Part shown: positions 19,248-28,162 of the stretch, in pieces
How the letters are laid out: each line of letters begins with the position of its first letter
How positions within the stretch are numbered: the stretch's first letter is position 1
Source: Bdellovibrionota bacterium
GTDB taxonomy: Bacteria; Bdellovibrionota_C; UBA2361; JAAYZI01
Assembly (NCBI GenBank): GCA_050950765.1
Contig: JBMNIF010000002.1
Coordinates: 736,001-800,000 of the forward strand
DNA: 64,000 bases
Direction: 5' to 3'
Notes under the pieces: generated by a model
What the model was told of the DNA's origin: nothing
The model's input: only the letters and a program-made list of their open reading frames with translations
Database searches by the model: none
Translations under genes and position numbers: made by a program

Positions 19248-20621
19248 TTATAAAAACTTCTTCTTCGGTATTGCACGTAATAACGCCAACATACTTTGTG
19301 CTTGATGTGCTTGGTTAATATCCGCTAAGGCTGCTCTTAAAACTTGTTGCGGTATCTTTTCATCTGAGGTGGAAAGGTTTGGCAGATCTACCTTTAAAGG
19401 ATCAACGTAGACACCGTTTACAGCAAGACGGAAATCCAGATGAGGTCCTGTTGACATTCCTGAAGAGCCGACATAGCCGATCACCTCTCCACGTTCAACG
19501 GTATCCCTCTTTTTCAAACCTTTCTTTATCGCTGAAAGGTGCAGATACGCTGTGGAATATTTAGCGTTATGCTGAATCTTAATCATACGTCCGGCAGCTC
19601 CAGAAAATCCTGCAAAGGTTACCCTTCCTGCTCCGATAGATCTAACAGGGGTACCGACAGGTGCTGCAAAATCAATCCCTAAATGCGGACGACGTATCTT
19701 TAAAACAGGATGTAGACGAGAATTAGAAAACACTGATGAGATACGGGTGTATTGTAACGGATAGCGTAAAAAATAATCTCCGATAGCGTTGCCGTTTTCG
19801 TCATAGTAACGTCTTTTTTTATCCTTCCCGATGTAGCTGATGGCAGCGTGTAGCTTGCCCTTGACGATAATCGAAGCAGCTTGAATAGGACCGACGCTTA
19901 TGATCTCACCATCTTCCGTTTGTTGGAGTGTGTATGAAACAGAATAGGTGTCTCCCCGTTGTAAGTCACGTCTAAAATCGATGTCATTAGCGAGTAGGTC
20001 TACGAAAGAGTCGATCACCTCATGAGGCACTCCGCGATCAAGTGCATCTTTCGCTAGAGAGCTTGAGATAGAGCCCGTCACCACTTTTTCTTCTTCTGTA
20101 TAAACAGGCTCAATGATATTAGGTTTGTACCCGTTAAAAGAATCACCGTCCAGAAGTAGGACGCGTCCTTTTTCAAGCTTTTTCCGTAACGCTGTAATAT
20201 CGCCATCAGTAGAGAGTTGTAACTCAATATCATCTCCCGCTTTTACGCAAGAGAGGGGAAGGTTAACCTCCTTTAAAGCGTTGGCAGCATGAATGGCGCC
20301 AGAGGTGTTAACGGTATAACGGGACCAGATGCTAGAGAGGGTGTCTCCTGCTTTAACAGGATGGATAATTATTTTCGGTTCTGATGGCAGTGCAGGTGTT
20401 AATTCCTCACAAGTGTCCGTTTGAAAAGGTTCAGAGGTATCGTTAAGATCTTCCGGATCTTCAGAATCGATCAATAAGTGATCTTGAATGAGATCTTGAT
20501 TAATCTCCGCGACAATTTTTAGAGGGCTGGCAGGGGCTATATCAAATAGTGACTTTACCAAAACCGTCAAAAGAACCACTGCCGCGAGTGAGTTTGTTAT
20601 AGTTGTCTTTAAATAATGCAT
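19248..20621 (-). CDS. M23 peptidoglycan DD-endopeptidase (MepM-like)
   Basis: LysM-like VKAGDTLSSI, RPHLGIDFAAPVGTPV, YLHLS and STGPHLDF. Confidence 0.9.
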   Translation of the reverse strand: MHYLKTTITNSLAAVVLLTVLVKSLFDIAPASPLKIVAEINQDLIQDHLLIDSEDPEDLNDTSEPFQTDTCEELTPALPSEPKIIIHPVKAGDTLSSIWSRYTVNTSGAIHAANALKEVNLPLSCVKAGDDIELQLSTDGDITALRKKLEKGRVLLLDGDSFNGYKPNIIEPVYTEEEKVVTGSISSSLAKDALDRGVPHEVIDSFVDLLANDIDFRRDLQRGDTYSVSYTLQQTEDGEIISVGPIQAASIIVKGKLHAAISYIGKDKKRRYYDENGNAIGDYFLRYPLQYTRISSVFSNSRLHPVLKIRRPHLGIDFAAPVGTPVRSIGAGRVTFAGFSGAAGRMIKIQHNAKYSTAYLHLSAIKKGLKKRDTVERGEVIGYVGSSGMSTGPHLDFRLAVNGVYVDPLKVDLPNLSTSDEKIPQQVLRAALADINQAHQAQSMLALLRAIPKKKFL

Positions 20622-20632
20622 AACGACGATGG

Positions 20633-20661
20633 ACTATAACGCAGAGTGAATAAGAGGACAA
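20633..20661 (-). promoter_or_regulatory. sigma70-type promoter TTGTCC-N17-TATAGT
   Basis: Minus strand; the -10 box ends 11 nt before ATG 20621. Confidence 0.45.
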
Positions 20662-20753
20662 GGTGCAATGCAACAAGTTAAAACATCGTTTTGTCGAGAT
20701 GCTCTAAGTATTGTTATTGTTAGTTTTTATTCTATGGCTAATAATACTTTTTC

Positions 20754-21182
20754 ATGAGTGGGCGTATAATGGGGATTGATGTTGGAAGGGTGCGGGTTGG
20801 CGTTGCTTTTTGTGATCCGTTGGGAATAAGTTGTGCTCCTTTTGATGTATTTCCAAAGGCGCAAGGGCGGGCAGAGCGATCAATATTGAAACTTATTGAT
20901 GAAAATAGCGTCAAACTTGTAGTAGTCGGAATGCCTTATAATCAGAGTGGAGAGAAGACGGTACAGTGTGAAATGGTTCAACATTTCATCTCTAGGTTAG
21001 AGCGCCGAGTTCCCTCAGATGTAAAGATTGTTTGTCAGGACGAGTACCTATCCTCAGAAGAGGCTATTCAGCGGATGGTGGAGCGGGGCATTGATGTGCA
21101 GAAACATCCAGTTGATGCTGTCGCCGCCTTAGTTATCTTAGAGGACTATCTCAAAGAGAATAAGGTGGAAACGAATTTGTAA
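20754..21182 (+). CDS. ruvX: YqgF/RuvX pre-16S rRNA nuclease (Holliday junction resolvase-like)
   Basis: MGIDVGRVRVGVA, VVGMP, DEYLSS and VDAVAALVILEDYL motifs. Confidence 0.92.
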   Translation: MSGRIMGIDVGRVRVGVAFCDPLGISCAPFDVFPKAQGRAERSILKLIDENSVKLVVVGMPYNQSGEKTVQCEMVQHFISRLERRVPSDVKIVCQDEYLSSEEAIQRMVERGIDVQKHPVDAVAALVILEDYLKENKVETNL

Positions 21183-21239
21183 ATTATCGTCCTTAATATC
21201 TTTGATGGTTAGTTTTGTGTTTTTTATGCTCTGTTAACT

Positions 21240-22253
21240 ATGAGAAAAATTGAATTTGGAATTAAAATTTCGATTGTATTACTGGTTCCCCTTATCGTAG
21301 CACTGATCGTCTTTGTGCAGATGCGGCAGATCTTTATCCTTCCTGCGAATGTAAACGATAAAGAGGTCGTTCTAGTGAAGGTGAAAAGTGGTAGAGACCT
21401 GAAAGAGGTCGGTTCAGAGCTGGTTGAAAAAGGTGTCTTAAAGTGGGCAGGAGTTTTAAATGTCCTTAAAAAATTCGCCGTTAAGGATAAGACAAAGGTG
21501 ATAATGGAGGGTGAATATGCCTTCTCCCCAAGCATGACACCGAAACAGATCTTAAACAAAATGTTAAATGGAGAAGTTACCTTAAGAAAGGTAAGTATTA
21601 AAGCGGGTCTTTCTATCTGGGAGTTGGGAGAGATCTTTGAAGAAGCGGGGATCTGTTCTAAAAGTGATTTTGAAGCAGCTTTGGGGGACGGTGCCCTTCT
21701 GAAGCAATACAATCTCCCTGTGGAATCGTTTGAGGGGTACTTCTATCCAAAAACTTATGAGTTTTCATCTTTAGATTCTCCGCAACGTATTATCGGCGTG
21801 ATGTTGGCAGAAGCAGAAAAACATTGGCCTAAAGAAAATACAGAATCTGCTGATAGGTTGGAGTTGTCACGCCATGAAGTCTTAACGTTAGCTTCTATTA
21901 TTCAAAAAGAGGCGAAAGATCCGGATGATTACGGTAATTTAGCATCAGCGCTTTACAATCGTAGTACTTACGGCATGAAGTTTGAGTCTGATGAGACTGT
22001 TATCTACGGATTGAAAGATTTTGATGGAAACTTTACTCCGGAAGATAGAGAAGAAGAGCATCCGTATAATACTTGGATCATTCCAGGTTTTCCCCCTGGA
22101 CCGATCTGTAATCCGAGTGATGTAGCGATCGATGCAGTCTTGACGTTACCGAAGACAACGAATCTATTTTGGATAAAAAACACAAACGGTAAGTTTGAGT
22201 TCGTTCCGGATAAAAAGAGTTTGGAGGATTTAAAAAGGAGCAGGGGAGAATAG
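21240..22253 (+). CDS. mltG: Endolytic transglycosylase MltG
   Basis: N-terminal TM helix, EGYFYPKTY, LASIIQKE, PYNTW and GFPPGPICNP; conserved ruvX-mltG adjacency. Confidence 0.9.
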   Translation: MRKIEFGIKISIVLLVPLIVALIVFVQMRQIFILPANVNDKEVVLVKVKSGRDLKEVGSELVEKGVLKWAGVLNVLKKFAVKDKTKVIMEGEYAFSPSMTPKQILNKMLNGEVTLRKVSIKAGLSIWELGEIFEEAGICSKSDFEAALGDGALLKQYNLPVESFEGYFYPKTYEFSSLDSPQRIIGVMLAEAEKHWPKENTESADRLELSRHEVLTLASIIQKEAKDPDDYGNLASALYNRSTYGMKFESDETVIYGLKDFDGNFTPEDREEEHPYNTWIIPGFPPGPICNPSDVAIDAVLTLPKTTNLFWIKNTNGKFEFVPDKKSLEDLKRSRGE

Positions 22254-22371
22254 TTCAGAAGATTATTAGAGGCGTATTCGTTTCTTTGCTCGATCTCGGG
22301 TTATGCGTCGTTTAAGATGTTTTAAAAGACACATAACCTAAAATTTATATAAAGATCTCAATTTTCTGCAT

Positions 22372-24306
22372 GTGAATGTTTTAGAGTTAATAACAGGTGT
22401 TGAAGATCGACTGACGCGTAACCGTTACAAGTCAGAGCTACTGGTGGTGTTCTTAATTTGTAGCTGCGCCTTGCCCATCTATGCTGCCCTCTTTAGTTTT
22501 GTAGGAGGAGTGGCTGCGCTAATTTTTGCTTTATTATTATTTGTACTCCTCTTTGTAAGATGTCTTAAAGAGAAAAAATTTAAACGGGTAGGGAATATTG
22601 AAGCAGCTCATTTTTTAGATGACCTCTTTAAAAATAAAAATAGGCTCGTAAGTTATCTCTCTGTCAACGAGAAAGAGGACGAAGAGTCAAAAGAGGTGGC
22701 TAATCTCTTGAGCTACCAAATTGAATCTTTAATCCCTGAAGACTTTACCCCCGATCAATTTAAGTTTGTGCCTTCAAGAACTCAGAAGAAACTCTGTTAT
22801 CTAGTACCGTTTTTATACGTCTTAAGTGGATTGATCTTTTATTTCTCCTATTCTGAGTTTCAACCACACAGTGCAGAAGCTAAAGAGATTATGGAAGTAA
22901 TTGAGAAAGAAGATCTTCCACCTGAAGTTGAAGAAGCGTTACAGAAGTTAGCTTCTGCTATTGAAGAGGCAGGGCTTAGTTCTGAAGAGGTTGAAGATGC
23001 TTTAAGTGCGGCTGAAGAAACTCTTAATGAAGCGATAAGTGCTGAAGAAGGTGAATCTGCTGAAAAGAGAGAGATGGAAGAGAGGTCTTCACAAAAAGAG
23101 GATCTTTCTGAAAGGGAGTTGCCGACTCCTACTCCTTCAACAAGTGATACAAAAGATCAGAAAGAAGAGGAGAGAGCTAAGCAGGAAAAAGATAAAAAGG
23201 AGGAAGAAGAGAGAAAGCAAACAGGGCAAGATAAAGCTCAAGAGGAAAGAGATAAAAACCAGCAGGGGCAAGGTGCAGAAGATAAGGGTGGAGAGAAAGA
23301 ATCTGCAAGTGGTAGGGAGGAAAATAAAGAGGGTCAACCATCAAAAGGAGAGCAAGACTCTCAAACAGGGAAGAAAGGTGATTCAGGTGGAGAGGGGAGT
23401 CAGAGTAGCGCCAATGCAAAAGATAATGGAGGTGGTTCCGCTGAAGATAAAAGTACGGCGGATAAAGAGGAGGGGGAAAAGGGTAGTTCTAAGGGAGAGA
23501 AAGGGGGTGACACAACAAAGCAGGACGGATCAGATAAGCAAGAAGGAGGTAAAGGTGCGGATCAGAAAAAGGATCAGGGCACTTCTTCTCAGAAACAAGA
23601 TTCTGCTGAAAGTGGTAAAGATGGTGAAGATGATAAAAAAGGAAGTGATGGAAAGAAGGGTGATGCGGGAGATAAAGGTACTCCTGATGGCAGTAAACAC
23701 TCTGCGGGGTCGGGCGGAAAAAAACAGGGCTTAGACAAAGCTAAAGAAACGCTTGATAATTTACGAAAAAAACAGGAGGAAAGTTCAACTGCTGCCGGTG
23801 AGGAAAAGGGGAGCTCTAAGGAGGAAGGTAAGAAAGACGCCGGTGAGGGAAAAGGGAGCTCTAAGGAGGAAGGTAAGAAAGATGCCGGTGAGAAAAAAGG
23901 GAGCTCTAAGGAGGAGGGTAAAAAAGACGCCGGTGAGGAAAAAGGGAGTTCTAAGGAGGAGGGTAAAAAAGACGCCAGTGAGAAAAAAGATGCTTCTAAG
24001 GAGAAGAAAGGATCTTCTGGTTTTGGAGCATCTCAAGTTGATTCACGTAGTGGGGAGAAGAGGCTTGGAGAGAAGGGGGCACGAGAAAGTTCAGAGAGTG
24101 AAAAAACTTTAGAAGAGGTGCATTTACCTAAAGGAAAAGAGAAGTTTGATCAAAAGTATGGAGAAGGTACGGGCAAAATTATCAAAGGAGATAAAGAAAG
24201 CGCGTATCGTACGCAGTTAAAAGATGTAAAATTAGCTAAGCCGGAGGATGTAAAAAATAGGGAAGATCAACTTATTCCTTTGGAATATCGCGATCTTTTG
24301 GATTGA
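22372..24306 (+). CDS. Membrane protein with long charged low-complexity tail, first gene of the MoxR operon
   Basis: About 3 TM segments, a coiled acidic region, a G/K/E/D/S/Q-rich tail and C-terminal IPLEYRD. Confidence 0.8.
   Translation: MNVLELITGVEDRLTRNRYKSELLVVFLICSCALPIYAALFSFVGGVAALIFALLLFVLLFVRCLKEKKFKRVGNIEAAHFLDDLFKNKNRLVSYLSVNEKEDEESKEVANLLSYQIESLIPEDFTPDQFKFVPSRTQKKLCYLVPFLYVLSGLIFYFSYSEFQPHSAEAKEIMEVIEKEDLPPEVEEALQKLASAIEEAGLSSEEVEDALSAAEETLNEAISAEEGESAEKREMEERSSQKEDLSERELPTPTPSTSDTKDQKEEERAKQEKDKKEEEERKQTGQDKAQEERDKNQQGQGAEDKGGEKESASGREENKEGQPSKGEQDSQTGKKGDSGGEGSQSSANAKDNGGGSAEDKSTADKEEGEKGSSKGEKGGDTTKQDGSDKQEGGKGADQKKDQGTSSQKQDSAESGKDGEDDKKGSDGKKGDAGDKGTPDGSKHSAGSGGKKQGLDKAKETLDNLRKKQEESSTAAGEEKGSSKEEGKKDAGEGKGSSKEEGKKDAGEKKGSSKEEGKKDAGEEKGSSKEEGKKDASEKKDASKEKKGSSGFGASQVDSRSGEKRLGEKGARESSESEKTLEEVHLPKGKEKFDQKYGEGTGKIIKGDKESAYRTQLKDVKLAKPEDVKNREDQLIPLEYRDLLD
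23794..23991 (+). repeat. 45-bp coding tandem repeat, about 4.4 copies (AGEEKGSSKEEGKKD)
   Basis: Units start at 23794, 23839, 23884, 23929 and 23974. Confidence 0.95.
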
Positions 24307-24325
24307 TGTTTTAGAGATATAGAAT

Positions 24326-25348
24326 ATGGACTTTATGAAAACTTCAAAGCCGACACTTAGTAATGAGTTGGCTGCTGCAATTCGTCGATTTAACGATATT
24401 TTTACCGCACTTGAAAATGAGATCTCAAGGGTGATTGTTGGTAATGAAGATATCGTGAGAGGCACCCTTGCCACAATCTTTGCGGGTGGTCACGCCTTGC
24501 TTGAAGGTGTGCCAGGTTTGGGAAAAACGTTACTTGTAAAATCCATCTCGCGTTCAATGGGGCTTCTTTTTAAACGCATTCAATTTACACCCGACCTGAT
24601 GCCAATGGATGTGACGGGAACGCAGGTTTTGACAGAGGGTGAGAACGGTAAGAAAGAGTTCGTTTTTAAAGCAGGGCCTCTTTTTGCTAATATTGTTTTA
24701 GCGGATGAAATAAATCGTGCCACTCCGAAGACACAATCTGCACTCTTGGAAGCGATGGAAGAGAGGCAGATCTCTATTATGGGGGAAACTTATAAGATTA
24801 AACCTCCTTTCTTTGTTTTGGCGACACAGAATCCAGTTGAGTTGGAAGGGACTTATCCGTTACCGGAGGCGCAATTAGACCGTTTTCTTGTTAAGTTATT
24901 ATTAAAGCCACCTACTTCCGCAAACTTAAAAGCGATTGTGGAGCGTACGACCGGTACAAAAATTCCAGAAGCGCAACCTGTTTTAGGCAATGCTGAAATG
25001 CTTGTTACGATAGAGAATATGAAGAAGCTTGTGCGGCAAGTTGTTGTTGCAGATCCGATGCAGGATATCCTTGTTAGGATCTTGGCAAAGTTAACTCCAA
25101 ATAATGAATATGCTGGTGCGACAGTCAAGCAGTATGTTCGTTTCGGTCCTGGCCCGCGTGGTGCGCAAGCTGTCATCCTTTTAGCTAAAGTGATGGCGTT
25201 ACTTGATGGACGCATCAATCTTTCGTTCGATGATATTCAAGCGGTTCTTACGCCGTGTTTACGGCACAGACTTTTGCTTAACTTTCAAGCAGAAGCAGAC
25301 GGTGTTTCCTCTGATGAAATTATTGAAGAGGTTAAGGGCGGAAAGTAA
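24326..25348 (+). CDS. moxR: MoxR-family AAA+ ATPase
   Basis: LEGVPGLGKT, RIQFTPDLMP, LADEINRATPKTQSALLEAM and ATQNPVELEGTYPLPEAQLDRF. Confidence 0.95.
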   Translation: MDFMKTSKPTLSNELAAAIRRFNDIFTALENEISRVIVGNEDIVRGTLATIFAGGHALLEGVPGLGKTLLVKSISRSMGLLFKRIQFTPDLMPMDVTGTQVLTEGENGKKEFVFKAGPLFANIVLADEINRATPKTQSALLEAMEERQISIMGETYKIKPPFFVLATQNPVELEGTYPLPEAQLDRFLVKLLLKPPTSANLKAIVERTTGTKIPEAQPVLGNAEMLVTIENMKKLVRQVVVADPMQDILVRILAKLTPNNEYAGATVKQYVRFGPGPRGAQAVILLAKVMALLDGRINLSFDDIQAVLTPCLRHRLLLNFQAEADGVSSDEIIEEVKGGK

Positions 25349-25385
25349 CTCACGCTAAAAGTTAAGATAAGACGAGATTGTTGTT

Positions 25386-26267
25386 ATGTTACCGACGGTA
25401 TTTACAAATGATTTTTTACGTCAACTTGAGCTTTTAAGATTAAGATCAAGACGTGCCTATTTAGGAACGAGGCAAGGGAATCATAAATCTTTAAAGCGCG
25501 GTTATGGTATGGAGTTTTCAGATTATCGTCGCTATGAATTGGGAGATGATCCGCGCCATATTGACTGGGCTGCTTATGCGCGTAATGAAAAACTTTTTGT
25601 TAAAGTTTTTGAAGAGGAGCAAGATCTAAGTGTGCTGCTACTTATTGATGCTAGCGCTTCAATGTTAAACCCAAAAGAAGATAAAAAATGGGAGACAGCT
25701 AGAGATATCGCCATTGCACTTTCGTATATAGCTTTGTTGCAACAAGATCGTGTTACGCTAACGATTCCAGGAATTTTTCAAAGCCCGTATTATGTCGGTG
25801 CTACTGCAATTCATCGCATCGGGAGTGATATCGGGAAATTAACTTTAAAAAACGGCAATGATATTTTACACGGTGTGCGGCAAGCTGCAGCAAGGTTGTG
25901 TTTTCCAGGTGTGGCAGTTGTTATCTCTGATTTTTTAATGCCTTTTAAGGAGATAGAGGGTATCTTTAATATTCTAAAAGCTAAAAACCTTGATATCACT
26001 GCAATTCAAGTTCTTGGAGAGAACGATCTAAAACCGTTTCCGCAAGAGAAAAATGTAAGGGTAGTTGATAGTGAAAATGGTGAAGAGGTCGAATTAGTTT
26101 TAGATGATAAGGCGAGAATAGAATATGAAGAGCATTTATCTGATCACAATAACAGAATAAGAACTTTTTTTAGTGAATCTCGGATTAGTTATGCTTTGGC
26201 GGAAGTTGCGCAAGGTGTGCAGGAGTTTGTCGTTAAAAATCTGACTAATACCACGTTGCTACAATGA
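25386..26267 (+). CDS. DUF58 domain protein
   Basis: EFSDYRRYELGDDPRHIDW, DASASM and VISDF motifs; follows moxR. Confidence 0.92.
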   Translation: MLPTVFTNDFLRQLELLRLRSRRAYLGTRQGNHKSLKRGYGMEFSDYRRYELGDDPRHIDWAAYARNEKLFVKVFEEEQDLSVLLLIDASASMLNPKEDKKWETARDIAIALSYIALLQQDRVTLTIPGIFQSPYYVGATAIHRIGSDIGKLTLKNGNDILHGVRQAAARLCFPGVAVVISDFLMPFKEIEGIFNILKAKNLDITAIQVLGENDLKPFPQEKNVRVVDSENGEEVELVLDDKARIEYEEHLSDHNNRIRTFFSESRISYALAEVAQGVQEFVVKNLTNTTLLQ

Positions 26268-28162
26268 TAACATTATTCGGCTCATCATACGGAGCGCTTG
26301 TTCCTTGGCTTTTAACAGCCTTTCCATTTCTATTGGCAGCTCTGATCTATCTTTATAAACGTAAAGGATACGGAAAAGAGATAGTGGCATCGAGTGTTTT
26401 GATCTTAAAAAAGATACAACGCAAGACGGAATCACGGCGCAAGTTTTTTCCACCGCCACGTTTTTTCTTTGAGCTATTACTTCTGATATTGTTGTCATTA
26501 GCTATGGTCGGGGCCTATCAGGTATCTCCTACGCAAAACGTTGCTTTTTTGATAGATAATTCTTTTAGTATGAGCGCATTAAGAAGTGGAAGCACTAAAG
26601 ATGCGCTGACCCTTGCCAAAGAAAAAGGTCTGCAAATCTTAGCTGAATTGCCCTCTGATGTTTCGGTTGAGGTCTTTGAAACGTCACCTAAATTAAGAAG
26701 TTTGACTACTAAAGGTGTAAAAAAAGCTCAGGCGAAAGCGGCCATTAACTCGATTACACTTGCTTACGCTGAGGATCGTTTACAGAGCGCCAGTAGCCGC
26801 CTCAATAGATCAGACTCGTACGGCAAGATCTTTATTTTTACTGATAACGCTAAAAATAATACTCCCTCAAAAGCTACAGATCATATTAGTGTTATTCAGA
26901 TAACAGGTGATTACGGTAGAGTATCTGAAAATAATGTAGCTATCTCTAATATTTCACTATCTGAAGAGGGGGATGGTGCTAAGAAGAAGGTGCGGGTTTT
27001 AGTAACGTCTTATGCAGATACACCTACCTCTTGTGTGGTAAAAAGTTTTTATTGGAAAAAGATTGACGGAGTTCTCAGATCTGAAGAGGCGGAGCAAAAA
27101 CAGTTAGCTCTGGCACCACTTAGTAAGGAGACGCTCTCTTTTGAAGTACCGCCTACTGCGTTAGCTTTTTCTGCAACTCTATCGATGCGAGGAAGTTCAA
27201 AGAGCTCTGATGTTATACTCGATGATAATCAAGCTTGGATAAGCTTAGAACAAGATCGGACGAAAGTTGCTTTGATAGGTGAGTTAACTCCAAAAGATCT
27301 AGGGCTGGATCAGATTAAATCCTTACGCTTTGTGCAGATCGACCCGCAAGACTATGCAAAGGGAGGTGCAGATCTTGAAGCGGCTAAGTTTTTGATCTTT
27401 CACAGAGCAACTCCTCCTACTTTACCGTCACACTCTGCTTTACTTGTTTTGCCTAAAGGTGAGGGGGTTTTTCAGGTCGAAGAAAAAAAAGATAAGGCTG
27501 AAATTAGTGGTTGGAGTGAAGGGCATCCACTCTTAAAATATCTAAATCTCTCAACGTTAAAGGGAATTGCTCTTTATCCAGTAAAGATGGTTGCAGGCTT
27601 ACGTGATGTGATAAGGACGGATTCTGGTATTGCTTTAGCGGCAGCTGAGATGGGGAAGTTGCGTATCGCTGTTTTAGGTTTTGAGATCTTTCCTTATGAA
27701 GGGAAGCGTGCGCCACTTCTATCGATATTAACATTAAATATCTTTGATTGGTTATCATCGAGGAGTTTAAATAACGCTTATCTGCCTGTAAGAGCACAAC
27801 TTGAAGCCTCTGCTCCTGATACTACTGTGCGTTACTTAGATCATGGAAACACCTTCGGGAAGCCTTTTAAAGGAGTTGAATCGGAACAACAACAATTATC
27901 CGCTACTAATAAAGTTACGTTACCTTTTCCAGGTTTAGTGAGGGTATTGCAAGGTGGTAAAGAACACTTTGTTGCAGTGAATTATTTTAATGATCGTGAA
28001 TCTAATCTGCATGAAATTACAACGTTGCAATTACCGCAAAAAAAGATGCGGGAGATGGAAGATAAAAATGCGCGTCGTTCTTTTGTGCAGAACTTAGCTA
28101 TGATCTGTTTTGTTTTATTAGTTATCGATTTTTTTGTAATGCTTATGAGGCGTAAAAAATGA
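26264..28162 (+). CDS. BatA-like/VWA domain membrane protein
   Basis: N-terminal BatA-like TM region, MIDAS DNSFSM and FTD, C-terminal RES motif followed by a TM helix. Confidence 0.85.
   Translation: MITLFGSSYGALVPWLLTAFPFLLAALIYLYKRKGYGKEIVASSVLILKKIQRKTESRRKFFPPPRFFFELLLLILLSLAMVGAYQVSPTQNVAFLIDNSFSMSALRSGSTKDALTLAKEKGLQILAELPSDVSVEVFETSPKLRSLTTKGVKKAQAKAAINSITLAYAEDRLQSASSRLNRSDSYGKIFIFTDNAKNNTPSKATDHISVIQITGDYGRVSENNVAISNISLSEEGDGAKKKVRVLVTSYADTPTSCVVKSFYWKKIDGVLRSEEAEQKQLALAPLSKETLSFEVPPTALAFSATLSMRGSSKSSDVILDDNQAWISLEQDRTKVALIGELTPKDLGLDQIKSLRFVQIDPQDYAKGGADLEAAKFLIFHRATPPTLPSHSALLVLPKGEGVFQVEEKKDKAEISGWSEGHPLLKYLNLSTLKGIALYPVKMVAGLRDVIRTDSGIALAAAEMGKLRIAVLGFEIFPYEGKRAPLLSILTLNIFDWLSSRSLNNAYLPVRAQLEASAPDTTVRYLDHGNTFGKPFKGVESEQQQLSATNKVTLPFPGLVRVLQGGKEHFVAVNYFNDRESNLHEITTLQLPQKKMREMEDKNARRSFVQNLAMICFVLLVIDFFVMLMRRKK

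Noticed and set aside
20673..20700. Third sigma28-like motif ACAAGTTA-N12-GTCGAGAT upstream of ruvX
   Set aside because: Both boxes deviate from the other two examples; too weak to call.
21240..22253. Inactive MltG
   Set aside because: Several motifs are diverged, but the catalytic Glu position in SIIQKE is retained.
23039..24112. Overlapping 231-aa and 119-aa basic ORFs
   Set aside because: Alternate-frame shadows of the purine-rich low-complexity tail of the 644-aa gene.
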